NCBI GenBank assembly: GCA_030704615.1
Contig: CM060731.1
Location: 43,958,001 to 44,022,000, forward strand
Direction of reading: 5' to 3'
From: Takakia lepidozioides
Taxonomy: Eukaryota > Plantae > Bryophyta
DNA length: 64,000 nucleotides
Shown here: positions 1-12,189 of the stretch, one piece after another
Position numbering within the stretch: position 1 is the first letter of the stretch
How the letters are laid out: each line of letters starts with the position of its first letter
Position numbers and translations under genes: made by a program
Notes under the pieces: generated by a model
What the model was told of the DNA's origin: nothing
The model's database searches: none
What the model saw: only the letters and a program-made list of their open reading frames with translations

Positions 1-1410
1 CAGATGCATGCCATCCCGACACCATCTCCTCGTCCGTCTCACCATGCCACCGAGCTCCAGTGTCATCCTACTGGCTCGTGCATGGATTGCGACTCAATCC
101 ATCCACATCTCTATTGACCAAACCCGATCGATGCACAACCTAAAAGTCATACTCTTAGTATAAGTGCCCACCGTGCAAGCTTCCCCGTAAGCTTGTCTGA
201 TTCCATCAACCACTTGAGTGGATGGTGATCTGTGACAAGGGTGAAGAGATTGTTGTATAAATAGCACCTGAAGTGTGCCACGGCCCACACTGCAGCTAAG
301 CACTCCCCCTCATATGAGCTATACTTAGACTCTGCAGCGTTGTTCGAGTGGCTAGCATAAGCCACTATGAACTCTCTTCCCTCATCATCCACCTGTGTGA
401 GCACCGCTCCAAGCCCCAGCATGCTCCAATCTGTATGCAGCTGAAAAGGACGCCCCCTGATAGGTCGTCTCAAGATGGGCGCCGAGGTCAACCTCGCCTT
501 GAGCTCCTGAAAAGCTCGCTCTTGCTCATCTTCCCACTGCCATTCCTGGTCTACCTTGGTCAGCTTGGTTAGAGCCTTTGCAATAGCACTAAATCCCTTG
601 ACAAACCGTCTATAGTAGTTTGCCAACCCCATGAAAGCTTGAACTCGACTCACATCCGTGGGGCGTGGAATCTGTGCGATGGCCTCTACCTTAGTCTGCT
701 GCACCCCCAATCCTCCAAGATATATGATGTGGCCCAGATACTCAATCTGGTTGTGGAAGAACTTGCACTTCCCTGGATGTAATTTCAATCCATGTACTCT
801 CAAGCGCTCAAACACCACCTGAAGGTGTCTCTCGTGCTCCTCCACCGTAGCACTAAAGATGATGATGTCATCTGTGTAGCACCAAGCAAAGTCTACCCCT
901 GCTAGAATCCTGTCCATGACTCTCTGGAACTCTGCAGGAGCATTCTTAAGCCCGAATGGTAAGAACCACCACTGATATAGGCAATCCTTCCCGTGCTCAT
1001 TGATCCCCCAGAATGTCGTCTTCTGCTTGTCTGCCTCCTTGATCGGCAACTGGTGATATCCGGACCGCAAGTCCAGAGTGCTAAAGACCTTGGCATGCCC
1101 AATGGCATCAAAGATCTCCTCCGGTGTGGGCATGGCATACTTATCGGACTTGGTCTAACGATTTACAGGCCGGTAATCACCGCACATACGTCTCTCCGTC
1201 CAATTGCCATAGACATCCTTCTTGGCTGGCATCACCGTGGCTGAAGCATACTCTCCACCAGATAGCTCCACCAAACCAGCCTCCCAGAGATCTTGAGTCC
1301 TCATCTGAATCAAAGACCTCTCCATATCACTGTATCTATAGGGTCTCCGAAAGATTGGCGTGTCCGTGGCCAACTCAATACGAATCTAGGGATTGGATGG
1401 ACTCTTGAGG
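1..1410 (-). mobile_element. Degenerate Ty3/Gypsy LTR retrotransposon pol fragment (reverse transcriptase + RNase H), possibly Tcn1-like chromovirus lineage
   Basis: ORFs 1155..1373 and 147..1133 are in the same frame, separated by one TAG at 1155-1157. Motifs: RRPYRY, MCGDYRPVN, LDLRSGYHQ, PFGLKNAPAEFQR, YTDD (canonical YxDD), LHTDWS, YSSYEGECLA, LVTDH, KLARWAL. A frameshift and another stop near 140-160 precede LVNRDVDGLSRNP. Confidence 0.93.
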
Positions 1411-1439
1411 CGATGCGTCACCCCAGAGGAGGCTCCCCA

Positions 1440-2487
1440 GATTTTAGAGTCGGCTCATGACAGCATGTGCGGATGACACTTTGCAGGAACTCATTGTGCA
1501 GAAGGTTTTAAGGGCAGGTTACTACTGGCCCTCCATGTTCAAGGATGCGCACATGCATGTGCGAAGATGCGACTCTTGTCAAAGGTACGTCAAAAGGGAT
1601 AACAGGCTCAGAATGCCGTTAGTTCCCACCCTCCCTCTTGCTCCGTTTGAGAAGTGGGGGATCGACTATGTGAGGGAAGTGCACCCCGCGTCAAGTCGAC
1701 AAAATCGCTACATCATCGTAGCCACCAAGTACCTAACCAAGTGGGCAGAAGCAAAGGCGGTCAAGAAGGCCAATGCACATGTAACTGCCGCCTTAATTTA
1801 TGAATACATCATTTCCCGGTTCGGATGCCCCAAGGAAACAGTGAGTGATAAAGGGTCTCACTTCATCAACGATGTCATCGAGGAGATGATGGTAGCATTT
1901 TCCATCAAATACCGTAAGGCTACGTCCCTGTACCACACACAGACAAGTGGCCAAGTGGAGCGCGCCAACCAAACCCTGTGCAACATTCTCTCCAAAATAA
2001 TTTGGGAGCACAAGCAGGATTGGGACACCAAATTGATCGACTCATAAGGTAACCACTTGACATACCCCATTTTCATTGGTCTATGGGATAGAGTCCATCA
2101 TGCCGATCGAAACGGAGATTCCATCTTTACGATTGGTCATCACCGAAAGATTGGTGACATCTGAATCATTGAAGGAATGACTCAAGATGTTGGAAGGATT
2201 AGACGAGCTCCGGCAAGCGGCTGCTCAACACGTGGAAGCAGTCCAGAGGTGGAGAAAAGCTCGATTCGACCTTAAGCGCGAAAATATGATTTTTGACCCA
2301 GGGGATCTGGTATTACTATTCGACACGGAACGAGCAATATTTCAAGGCCAAGTTCGACTCTTACTGGATGGGGCACTATCTCGTCAAGACAGTCTTTGAC
2401 AATGACTCATTACAATTGGAGACACTACAGGGAGTGGAGTTCCCCAATCTGGTGAACGACGTCCGCTGCAAGCACTACTACCTGTGA
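1440..2487 (+). mobile_element. Degenerate Ty3/Gypsy integrase (HHCC zinc finger + rve core + C-terminus), Athila/Tat-like, from a second element
   Basis: AGYYWPSMFKDAH..VRRCDSCQR, PFEKWGIDY, YLTKWAEAKA, SRFGCP..VSDKGSHF, SGQVERAN, then frameshifted remnants PGDLVLL and KF..YWMG.Y. Several stops and frameshifts. Confidence 0.9.
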
Positions 2488-2629
2488 GTTCCATCACCAA
2501 TGAACGTATTCCCCCATTAAGAGAAAAGTCACGAGTAGTTCTTCTTAGCAGAAGAAGCTTAGTGGCTTTTGCCTTATCGGGCGAAATCTTTAGGATTTCC
2601 ACCCGGTTTTTCGGGAGGAAGTGTTGGTA

Positions 2630-2920
2630 TTTCCTATCCATTGACTCATTGGTTGTTGGTCTAAGGTGGAGTGCGGGGCAACTAAGTTGTAGTAATCCAA
2701 TGAAACTTCTCGACTGGGAAGAAGTCAATATGGCTCTTACCCATTAGTTGTTGGACACCCTTTATTGGAGTTCCGAGAGTAGACCTTGGGATGCGGGGCA
2801 ATGTAGTTGCATTAAAGAGGTAAATTATTCTCCCGTGTGATTTTCGGGTAGTTATTGGAATCCACAAGGACAGACCTTGGGATGCGGGGCACATTGAGTG
2901 CAGTAATCTAACCCAAGCTA
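2630..2920. repeat. Degenerate ~90-110 bp direct repeats in the retroelement 3' region
   Basis: AGACCTTGGGATGCGGGGCA occurs at ~2781 and ~2872. TGCGGGGCA...GTAATC occurs at ~2673 and ~2883. Confidence 0.55.
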
Positions 2921-3491
2921 TAGAATTAAAATTGTTCATGGTGGCGTAAGCTACAAAAACTATGACCATCCAATTGCCAAGTTAGAAGACTCTATACATC
3001 TTCATTACTAATCACGTGTTGAGTTCTTTTTTTTCAAGATTCACAAAAGGGAAGAACCACAGGTGCACGAATGAGAACAATGGGATGACTAATACATGCA
3101 CTTTTGTTCAATGCATATTGTCAATCATTACTCAATGTTTTTCTTAATCACAGAATATATCTGTGTCTGCTCAAAGCATATCTCGAGAAAGATTAAATGC
3201 TTGCTGTATCAAGCATTCTACAGTATACCGATGCTCCTTGCATGGGCACTACGACTTCCCGCACGGGGATTCTAACCTTTAAAACCTTTTTGAGATGACG
3301 ACCGAGTGGCGCATCTCCGCCAGGCGTGGACCGGTAGAGTGGTGCGACCTGTGTTTTCTCTTTACTCCACCCCGCTGCACCAGGGAGAGAAAAGTTAGCA
3401 AAACAGTGAAGTAAAAGGAGAGATTGTAGAGCAGTGGTTGTTGCTCCCCTCACATGAGTGAAGGATGTTAGGCGCATGAAGATCCAAAAGG

Positions 3492-3990
3492 GTTGTAGAT
3501 GCATATATTGGTACATATTTCTTTTCAGATCGTTTTTTATCTTAAGGCAGATAGTTTAGGCATTGTCCTGCCAAAGCAGAGCAGTTTGTGAGTTATCTGG
3601 GAATCGCTGGTAAAGCACGTAGGAATTTAGATTATGTCTGAGACGACCATGGAGGACCTCTGGCGTCAAAATGACCGTAGGGAGCTGCATCGACAGCGAG
3701 TTAGGCTGCCAATTCGGTACCAGTAACGACAACATGCACTTGTTCAAAACATTACATGGCGACAGTTCCAGTCCCGGATTGCGATCTCTCTATTCTCCCG
3801 CCTTTCAAGTCCAGTAGGAACATGCGGCAAGGAGTCTTGGCAATTGGAGGAAACAATATGTACAACGATGAAATATCGCGACAAAGCTAGTGCTACATCG
3901 GAGCAAACGACGGGTGAAGGAGCTTCCCGGCGAAGTTTTGAACTCCTCAGCGATGCAAAGTGTGTAGGAGGAAACTCCAGATGATCTGTG
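3492..3990 (-). repeat. Diverged copy A of a ~500 bp repeat (copy B at ~7909-8400), probably LINE-derived
   Basis: Colinear blocks shared with 7909-8400: GTAGATGCATAT, TTCTTTTCAGATCGTTTTT, CTCTGGCGTCA, GACCGTAGG, TTGCGATCTCTCT, TCTTGGCAATTG. Minus-strand remnants WQP..LSM.LPTVI.TPE and CLKIKNDLKR.MY.YMHL appear in both copies. Confidence 0.8.
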
Positions 3991-4039
3991 ACCCAGTGGC
4001 AGGGCCAACGACCCCCTAGGGGCACCACCAATATTTTTA

Positions 4040-7000
4040 CTGCCAGGAAACGGCAGACTGCCTATGTGGCAAAACCATGGAAACCAACCAAAGGTGTGGC
4101 TTTTCTTCCCCGATTCCCTTGAGATTTTGTGGACAGCTACGGGCCATCTAATTATAATTTTTCACCAAGTTTGAGGATTTTTGGAGTGATGAGAGACGGC
4201 ATCAAATTATCACGCCGGAGGCAGTTGCGAAAGGCGATTAAATGGAATTCTAGTTCATCCAATGGATGAAATCTGGAAATTCGACCTGCAAGCTGGAGGG
4301 ATGAAAAGACAACCTAGCGCCAAGTGGTCATCCATTGGATGGATGAAAAACTAGATTTATCATTAACACCAAGGTTTTCCATCCGTGGTTATTATTCTAT
4401 GGTGTTCTATCGTTTTTAAATTATAGATTCATGTAGGAAATAATAGTTTAAGACTATCCTTCACTAATTTAAGAGGCCCCAAAAACACAATAAAAGAGCT
4501 TTATCTATCTCATTTTCGTTTCAATCCATAAAGATAGTGGGTCCCATATTCTTACCAATACTTGTCTGTCTAGAAGAGCATGCTCCTCTTGTTCTTCAAT
4601 CTAGTCTCATTTCCTTGTTTTGGCCTCTTGCTTGTGTAGTTAGTTTTGAGCTTGAGGGAGCTAGTTCCTAGAGAGTTGAACTTGTGGCTCTCTAGTATTA
4701 GAAGCAAGCATATTGAGAGCAAGATAGTCCTAGCTCAAGGCCTTGTGGCCATTTGAGGAAAGAAGTAGAGGAAGCGCTCCATGAAGTGGGAGACTTGAGG
4801 ACGAGTAGGAGTGCCGAAGGAGGACCGAAGGAGGACCAAGCTTGAGTACCATTCTACCGAACGATTTGGTGCATCCCAAGCACCACCTGTTTCAGAGGGT
4901 GACTTACCATGCATTCTTGACCTTTGAATTCATTCATTTCATTTGCTGTTCAAGCTTTGTCCAAGGAAAGGACCTTATAAGCACTGTTTGCTAAAAATCT
5001 ATAAAAACTAACCCTCTTTCAAGAGGATGTGTGTGCATCTCTATGTACATGTGTGAAGAGCACAAGTGTGAAGCCCCAGGAGACAGGGCCTTAGGAATCT
5101 AACCCAAGTACGTCATGGAAGTGAGGGTAGATTTCCATTATTATGTTTAAAGAGAGGGTGAGCTTGCATGAAGTGACGAAACTCTTGTCAAATTTCCCTT
5201 TCTAGCTTAGTGGCGATGGCCATATTGCATGAGACGACGAAGCTATCGTCAAAATTTCCATGTTATTAAGATCATATCTATGATTCATAAGCCCCCTGGC
5301 CATAGAAGACCATGGGAGGCATTGCTAACTAACTTATAAGTGGTTAAGCTATTTTGTAGAGGGCTGCCAAAAAGGGCAGATCCCAGTACTTAAGTGTTGG
5401 CGCCTCAGGCGCCTTTGGGTTGGAGGTCAACCAAGGAGGTTGCCTAGAATCGCCATGGAGTGGCGCAGCGCGGCCTGCCCCCGTGGGAAGAGTTGACCCC
5501 TGGATCAAAGTACGCTCACTGGGGCACTGCGTGGCAGCACCAGGCGCCATAGCTGGGCCCGCGCAGGTACGACATGAGCGGCAGAGACGACGGAGCCTGC
5601 ATATTACCGCTGGACCCGCGCCGGCGGCGGGTCAGCCACGCCACGCCACGTAGCGCTGGCCGCGGGGTATTAGTCTTAACCGCTGGATAATCCGACAAAC
5701 CCCGCCAGGGACTGATGGTCCCTGGATCGGGTATTTTAAGAGGGGTTTTCTCCTTATGCCTTTGATTTCTTGTGCACTATTCATAGTATTCTTCTTGCAT
5801 GAGAATAAGGGTGTGTTTTAGCAAAGGATAAGAAATGGCTGGACCCATTGGATAGGCCCCAGCAAGACCATCAATTTGATATGTATTCCGGGGTTTGTGA
5901 AAGCACGGCGCACGGGTAGATGCCACAGGCAGAGAGAGAGAGCCCAGAGACAGGGAGGAGAGAATCCCTGTTGGGGTTTTCACAAGGTAGAAGATGACAT
6001 ATTTCAACTTCGTTCTAGGCTAGTTGCCTGCATAAATTAATCAGATTATATTGGAAGTAGGTGGAAGAGGCGCGGGGAATGGACCCTGGGACCCACTGAA
6101 TGTTTAATCATTGTTTATACACCAGGGTGGCGAGCAGATGAGAAACTACTGGGCGGCATATTTCATTCATCCTAGTCCGGTGATGGTTTAAGTTGCTAAT
6201 GAGTTCTTGAGTGGTTTAGTGTAGGAATTTAGGGGCGCTCCCAAGTGGGAGAGCGGTTCTCCAATGCTCCCGACATAAAAGGGCGTTCCCAGGGCGTTCC
6301 CCTGGTACCTTGAGGATAATTTAGTTAGCTCGAGCATCCTACCATGATTCTCTATTTCTACGAATTTCATGCATTTGTAGAAATATTTTAATGATTTGTA
6401 TTTATTATTTAGCAGGGTTATTCGCCTTTATTAAGGGATTTTACCGGACCCCCTTAACTTCGAAACGCAAGTTTTTAGGGCGGTATCGCCCCCTTCCGCC
6501 GAGGATATTTGAAGTCAAGTACCCGGCCGCTGGGGGGACCTTGGGCCAAGGAACGGCCATTGTTATTAGACCTCGGGGATTACCTAGAGGTTGGCATTGT
6601 TATCATTCACCCGATGGACTGACCATTGAGGTGGCATTTTGGGATCGCTCTAAGTAGGAGAGACTGACTTGGGAAATCGGATCCGGTCCCTTCCTAGGAG
6701 GTATGACACTCATCCACCTCGGGATTTAGGGGGGGGATTGGGCGGGAGATAGATGATTCCCGTCTCACTGGGCTCGGGATTCGTTTTGTGAAGGGATTTG
6801 AAGGTTCATCCCGACCAGGCATGTAAGAAGTAATAATAAACAAAGATTTGGAAGGCAATTACGATTAAAGATGTAGAAAACCCATAAACAAAACGTAGGA
6901 CTAGGAAACGCAAATCACCCTGTGAAGTAGAGTTGTTCAGCTTTGCTTTGCCGGTAGGAAGTTGGACTATCTAGATCCGTCCATAGCTGCCACGGACCCT

Positions 7001-7900
7001 GCACTTACCGCAGCCGGGTAGGCGGTTCGTTGAGCCCAACCTACACCGCAACTTGCCACGACCCCCTAGGCTAGTATGTCGTCACCCTGGCCGCGCGCGA
7101 CCAGGGCTCGTCAAGGGCCTGTGACCTCTTTTCATTAGATAGGTATAAATGATGCGTTATTCCAGGATAGGGTCCTCTGAGGTGCATAAGGTGTCCAATC
7201 ATTTCAAAAGTCAAGTATTTCACCATGAGCTCTGCGAAATCCATGAGAGGTCCATGCGAGCCATGAGAGTAGTTGAGAAGTAGGATAGAAATGGTGCGTC
7301 TATTTCATGAGTAGGGTCCTCGCGTATCTAATCTTTTCCATTGTTACGGGAGCCAGTGATTAGAACTCCCAAAAGCATCTTATTCAGGAGCATTTGGCCC
7401 TTCCGGATTCGAGTCGAGGTTGTAGTTTCACATTGAGTATTTCACCATGAGCTCTGCAAATCCACGAGAGGTCTCTGCAAGCCATGATCAAGTAGCATAG
7501 AACCAAAGTCCTTCCAAGACTATTCTAGATTATGATCATCAATTTGCACCGCGCATATCTTTTTGCATCATCTAGGGATTCAAATCCAGTCCGGTGGGGG
7601 AGAATGACGGTTTTGAAGTATTTTTATCTGGGAACTCCAACTTTCTCCGAAGAGGATGAGTCGGGTGGCTTTGAAAACATTTGTTGTCTTTTACTTTTTA
7701 TTTTTCCTCTCGGCACTCTCGGAAGACTTGAACTCTCTCCGAAGAGGATGAGCCCAGGGGAACTTATTTTTCATCTTTTCCATGTCACTTCAAGATAGTC
7801 ATTGACTCCAAGGGATATCAGGGATACCCTAAAAGGAGGATTGTACGAAGCAGAGATTCTGGGTTCTTTTACACTCGGGTCGAGTGTTCCCCATTGGTCG
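4040..7900. mobile_element. Non-coding repeat-derived interval, probably LTR or internal retrotransposon sequence
   Basis: No credible protein. Internal duplications: GTATTTCACCATGAGCTCTGC at ~7215 and ~7437; TCTCCGAAGAGGATGAG at ~7644 and ~7736; GCATGA..GACGAA at ~5167 and ~5228. No LTR pair, PBS or TSD could be confirmed. Confidence 0.35.
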
Positions 7901-7908
7901 CCATATAT

Positions 7909-9420
7909 GTAGATGCATATAATAGTACATTTTTCTTTTCAGATCGTTTTTGATCTTAAGACATGCAGTTTTGGCATTGTATTGCAAAAACAAGACAAAT
8001 TGTTAGTTAGTGGGGAATCATTGGTAAAACACTTAGGAAATTAGACAGAGTCTGAGACGACCAATGAGAAGAACTCTGGCGTCACGATGACCGTAGGAAG
8101 ATGCATTGACAGCATGATAGGCTGCCAAATTGACACCAATAACGGAGGTGAACTTGTTCAAACATGCAAGGCGGCTGTTTGAAACACAGGTTGCGATCTC
8201 TCTGTTCCCCCTCTTTCAAGTCCAATAGTCTCACGCGGGAGAAATCTTGGCAATTGTTAGAAGTAAGTTTATGCAGCGATTAAATATCGCAAAGAAGCAG
8301 GATGCAACATTGGGAGGATGGGCGAGTCACGTCGGCTTCAAGGCGCGACAACGGCTTATCACCGGTGCAAAGTAATAGGAGATGACTCTAGAAGTACTCA
8401 TGAGAGGGTCGGAGACATGCATGTAGGAATCAAAATGGTCAGGCTATATCCGGCAGATTGACCAGATACTGATCCGGGATGAAGGGAAGAGAGACAATCC
8501 TTGGAACCCACAACTTGCCATTCCTGTTGCCTAAATTAGAGGACTAGGAAATATATTGACATTGAAGCCCTTCAAATGCGGATTGAATTGAAGGGCTTGG
8601 GAGGCTGCAACACTGGATTCAAACATGATAGAGAAAACCCCCCTAGCTTTTGTGTGGCAAAAGTGTTGCTTCAGCTCCCCTCGACCCCCCAAATAGCGAA
8701 TTGCCCAATCTCTCACGTAGGCCGGAGTGACCTTCCTGGAAAATGAAGCAGTATACAAGACTCTTCCATACCTAAGATTATGTTATATTGAGTCCCTGGA
8801 TGTCTATCTTAATGAGAGGGCAATCCCTGCTCATCGATTCCTGCTCTTCAAGTGGGGTGGGGGAAGAAGGAATCATCCTCCCCTGGTCCTGGTGGCATAC
8901 ACCATTGACTCCATAATGCATTGAAAATATTCTCAAACCCTAGAATCCATGCTTCTACATACACAAGACACGCAGTGCCGAATTTGGCAGGTGATTAACA
9001 GGAAGCGCTTCCACCTCAGGCACAACAGGAGGAGGGATATAAACCAGCGGGCAAGAAGGGAGCTGCTTTGGTCAGTAGAGCTGCCTGCCAACTGAGGACC
9101 GAGCTTGGTGGGCCATGAAGAATCCGGAGCTAGAAGAAGGCCCCACCGGAGAACGACGTTCTCTGCTCGCCATGGTGACGGTGGGGCCAGATCTAAGACT
9201 TCGAACGTTGAGGTACTAGACTCTTAGGACCCACGGTAGAGGCCCAGAGAGTTGAGACAATTGGAAGCAAAAGGGGGGGAGATAAGAAAGGGGAAACTTG
9301 CAGAAAGACTGCAGAGGGGAATTCACGGATAGATCGAGCTAGCAGATCGAGCTGGGGAATAGCATGTAAGGGAGAGAAGGAGATGAAGAGACGATACAAG
9401 GAGAGTGAGGCGATCAAATT
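7909..9420 (-). mobile_element. Decayed LINE-like ORF1 (DUF4283-type) with CT-rich leader; includes repeat copy B
   Basis: ORF 8531..8758 (RKVTPAYVRDWA..YLG...ARGVFSIMFES...ALQFNPH) has the pattern of plant LINE ORF1 RRM-like domains. It is interrupted by stops, and no ORF2 RT motifs were seen. Confidence 0.5.
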
Positions 9421-10099
9421 AGCATGTGCTCAAGCATTAGCGCCAATCTGGATGCGAGGTGACATGACAGTTTTAATTCGCCATTATTATCGGCCGATAG
9501 CTGGGAAGGGAGAAGGGGAGTTAAGGATTGAAGGCGGCGGCATGCAGGAGAATGCTGAATGAACGAGGTTTACGGACAGGTAGATGAGAGAGGAAGCCGC
9601 CTGGAGGAACAAATATATGGGTGGCCATGTCTGTGATGGAATGACATCCTGGGTTTCTCAGGGATGTTGAATCCACACGTGATCACTTTCAGGAAGGAAG
9701 TTTCAACAAAGGCAAATATCGACAAAGCCTAAAGATAAATGAGGAGAGGCTTTGGCATTTGAATGGGCGACAATTATGGCCTACTTGGGCCTGGAGTGTG
9801 GGTGCAGATCCATCCCAGAGGTTTAGATTTCAAGAGCAAGAGTAGCATTGAGACACTGAGGATTGATAGCTACAAGAAACCTGCGTGGGTGGATGGTCAA
9901 GTGGAGAAACTGGAAGCAGCTAGGGGTAAAGTATCATCAAATGCCACCATGAGATGGATCAGCTGATAACTGCAAGTTTTCTTTCAGCAGTATCCCTTAA
10001 ATTGGCCATCAATAATGTTAGAGCAAGCTGTCATTGTCATGATTCGCAAACTTCCATCTTCTTTAGGTCTTATTAATCCTATAACCTGGATGAGGTAAT

Positions 10100-10240
10100 A
10101 TTTGTGACGTTGCCCTTTTTATGCCCTTTGCTTTTGGCCCCTCTTCCTTTCATTTCATTTCTTCCTCTTGTCCCATAGGCTCTTTGAGCTTTGAGCTTCC
10201 CGCCGACGTTATAAAGTATCATTTTATTTCCTTTCTTTTG
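10100..10240 (-). repeat. Copy of a dispersed repeat family (core GAAATGGTACTTTATAACGTCCG); other copies at ~14585, 16195, 16598, 51835, 52480 and 55145
   Basis: The reverse complement GGAAATAAAATGATACTTTATAACGTCGGCGGGAAGCTCAAAG..AGCCTATGGGACAAGAGGAA..GAGGGGCCA aligns with 55145-55245 and 51835-51920. Confidence 0.8.
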
Positions 10241-10449
10241 TGGCCTATATTGAGTCCGCTGAAATAAAGCAGACACTATTTTTTTTGTCGTCATGGGTTT
10301 TGTGAGTTGGCTTGTCATGTCAAATTGACATGTTAGATCTACTGGGTTGCAGACAAATATTCAAGAAGAGATGAGGAGCATCTTCGAAAGAAATGTTTTT
10401 CAAACCCCCCTCGATGGTGGGACGATGGAGGCAATAAGGTGAATGCCTG

Positions 10450-10755
10450 TTTTTGTGTGAAATCGTTAGAACTATGAATTTGCTAAATCGTAGAGATAGA
10501 TCTGTGAAATTGCTGAATCAATACATCACATAGAACTATTTAATTGCCAAATCACAAAGATTAAACCATGGAGTTGGTAAATCACAAACATGAAACAATG
10601 AAACTGGTGAATCACAGAGATAGATCTTTGAAGTTGCTGGATGATCTGTGAAACTGCTAATCTACAGAGAGAGAAGTGTGAAATTGCTCCTAGATCTATC
10701 TATTTGATTCAGGAGTTTCACAATTTCATCTTTGTGATTCACTAGTTTCATAATT
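10450..10755. repeat. Degenerate ~30 bp tandem array that switches orientation at ~10690 (foldback-like)
   Basis: A unit of approximately GAAATTGCTAAATCACAGAGATAGATCTGT is repeated about 7-8 times, followed by reverse-complement units (TAGATCTATCTATTTGATTCAGGAGTTTCAC, CTTTGTGATTCACTAGTTTCAT). Confidence 0.7.
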
Positions 10756-10977
10756 CTATTCCCTTTCTCTATATCCTTTGTAGTACGTGCAGGAATCATT
10801 CTGTATTCATGTAAAGCTTTTTCTATGGTTTGTTTGTTTGTAGGGGTTCTTTGGTGTTGGACTTGTGCCCCTTGGATTCCCATGGACATAGCTTTATTCT
10901 CTTTCATTCTATCCTCTTCCCAGCTAGAGGGCTAGTGGAGTATGTGGGATCAACCTCATGCCTTCTAGTGTGCTGGG

Positions 10978-11292
10978 TGTGTTGAGTAGAAAGATGTTTG
11001 GCTTGCATCGACTTTGGATAATGTGGGCATGCACCTGCCTTCCCTCTGCCAGGCCTCTCATCTTTATGCACTGTTGTAAGAGACAGACGTAAGTATTAGA
11101 ATTTGCTGAAATGCCTCCTTGGTTAGAAGTGTGCAGCACCTCTTTCAGTTGTCCTGCCTTATGTAGTGTTCTCACATCTACACAAATGCCAGAAGATTTC
11201 TTGTTGACTGCCTCTGTTGGTCCTCTTTTTAAAGCAGTGGCTATGACGGAGGTGCCTGAGTCAAACAAGTGTGCTCGATTCAAACCTGCCAT
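10978..11292 (-). pseudogene. N-terminal fragment of a PLS-class PPR gene (inverted relative to the rest of the gene)
   Basis: VRTLHKAGQLKEVL...NSNTYVCLLQQCIKMRGLAEGRQVHAHIIQSRCKPNIFLLNT is the first L motif plus the start of an S motif, and it stops abruptly. Confidence 0.85.
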
Positions 11293-12189
11293 CCTGCATG
11301 ACTCAAAAGGTTCTTAGGTACAAAACAACATTGATGATCAATCCACGGACTAAATCTCAAAGCCCCTACGTACATACTTCAACGAAAGACCTCTCCATGA
11401 GGAGGATTCTTGCCACAAATTCACAGGGTTTTTTGTGAGTTTGTTGGCCCTCCATGTCATACAATGTACAGGCACTGTTGCAACAGATATGGCAACTTGA
11501 AACCAGGTGCAATTCCTACCATCTTTTATGCATGGAATACCGAGTTACGCTTCTGACAACTGTGCTTACATTTACACCGAGTGAGTTACAATACGAACAA
11601 TTTGTTATAACCCTCTGGTTGTTTGCAACCTCATATGCACCCCCAAACACAAAACATCTTTGCTCCATTTCTGTCTAAAGAGACAAAAGTATCCCTTCCT
11701 TCATAATAGAAAGACCCTGCTCCTTGGAAATGCAAAAAAAGGGTGGCTCACTGTCGTGCCTCAATGATCCCCCTCTACCAGGGCTTGCCACATACATTTG
11801 CCTAGCTGCTTCCAGCTTCTCAGATTGAACATCCACACACAGGTTTATGGTACATGTTAATCCATAGTGCCTCACTGGGACTCTTGTGCTTGAAATCTGG
11901 TTCTCTGAGATTAACCTACACTCACATTCCATCCCTACCGCCTTCAGCTATCCTTGCTTCCACAAACAAAATTAAATACAATCTCCATGCTGCTGCAGGT
12001 AGCTAACAATGACAACCCAATACACAACAAACATCCCACAACCTTCCAAACACTAGTTCCTTCTCTGAATTGCTGGCAAGAAACAATAAAATTATTGAGC
12101 ATTGACAAACTGACATTGCTTTCATACTATAAAGCATGAGGTCGACTCCAGCACTGCTTCTTGAAGCCCTCTAGCTTACAAGTGATGTG

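Noticed and set aside
4040-7900. Intact LTR pair, PBS or PPT
   Set aside because: No matching long direct repeats with TG..CA ends and no convincing tRNA primer site could be identified by eye.
8502-8518. 17-nt match TGGAACCCACAACTTGC to the GLYK exon near 43000
   Set aside because: It does not extend on either side, so it is treated as chance.
10450-10755. CRISPR-like array
   Set aside because: The units are degenerate and abutting with no unique spacers, the context is eukaryotic and there are no cas genes.
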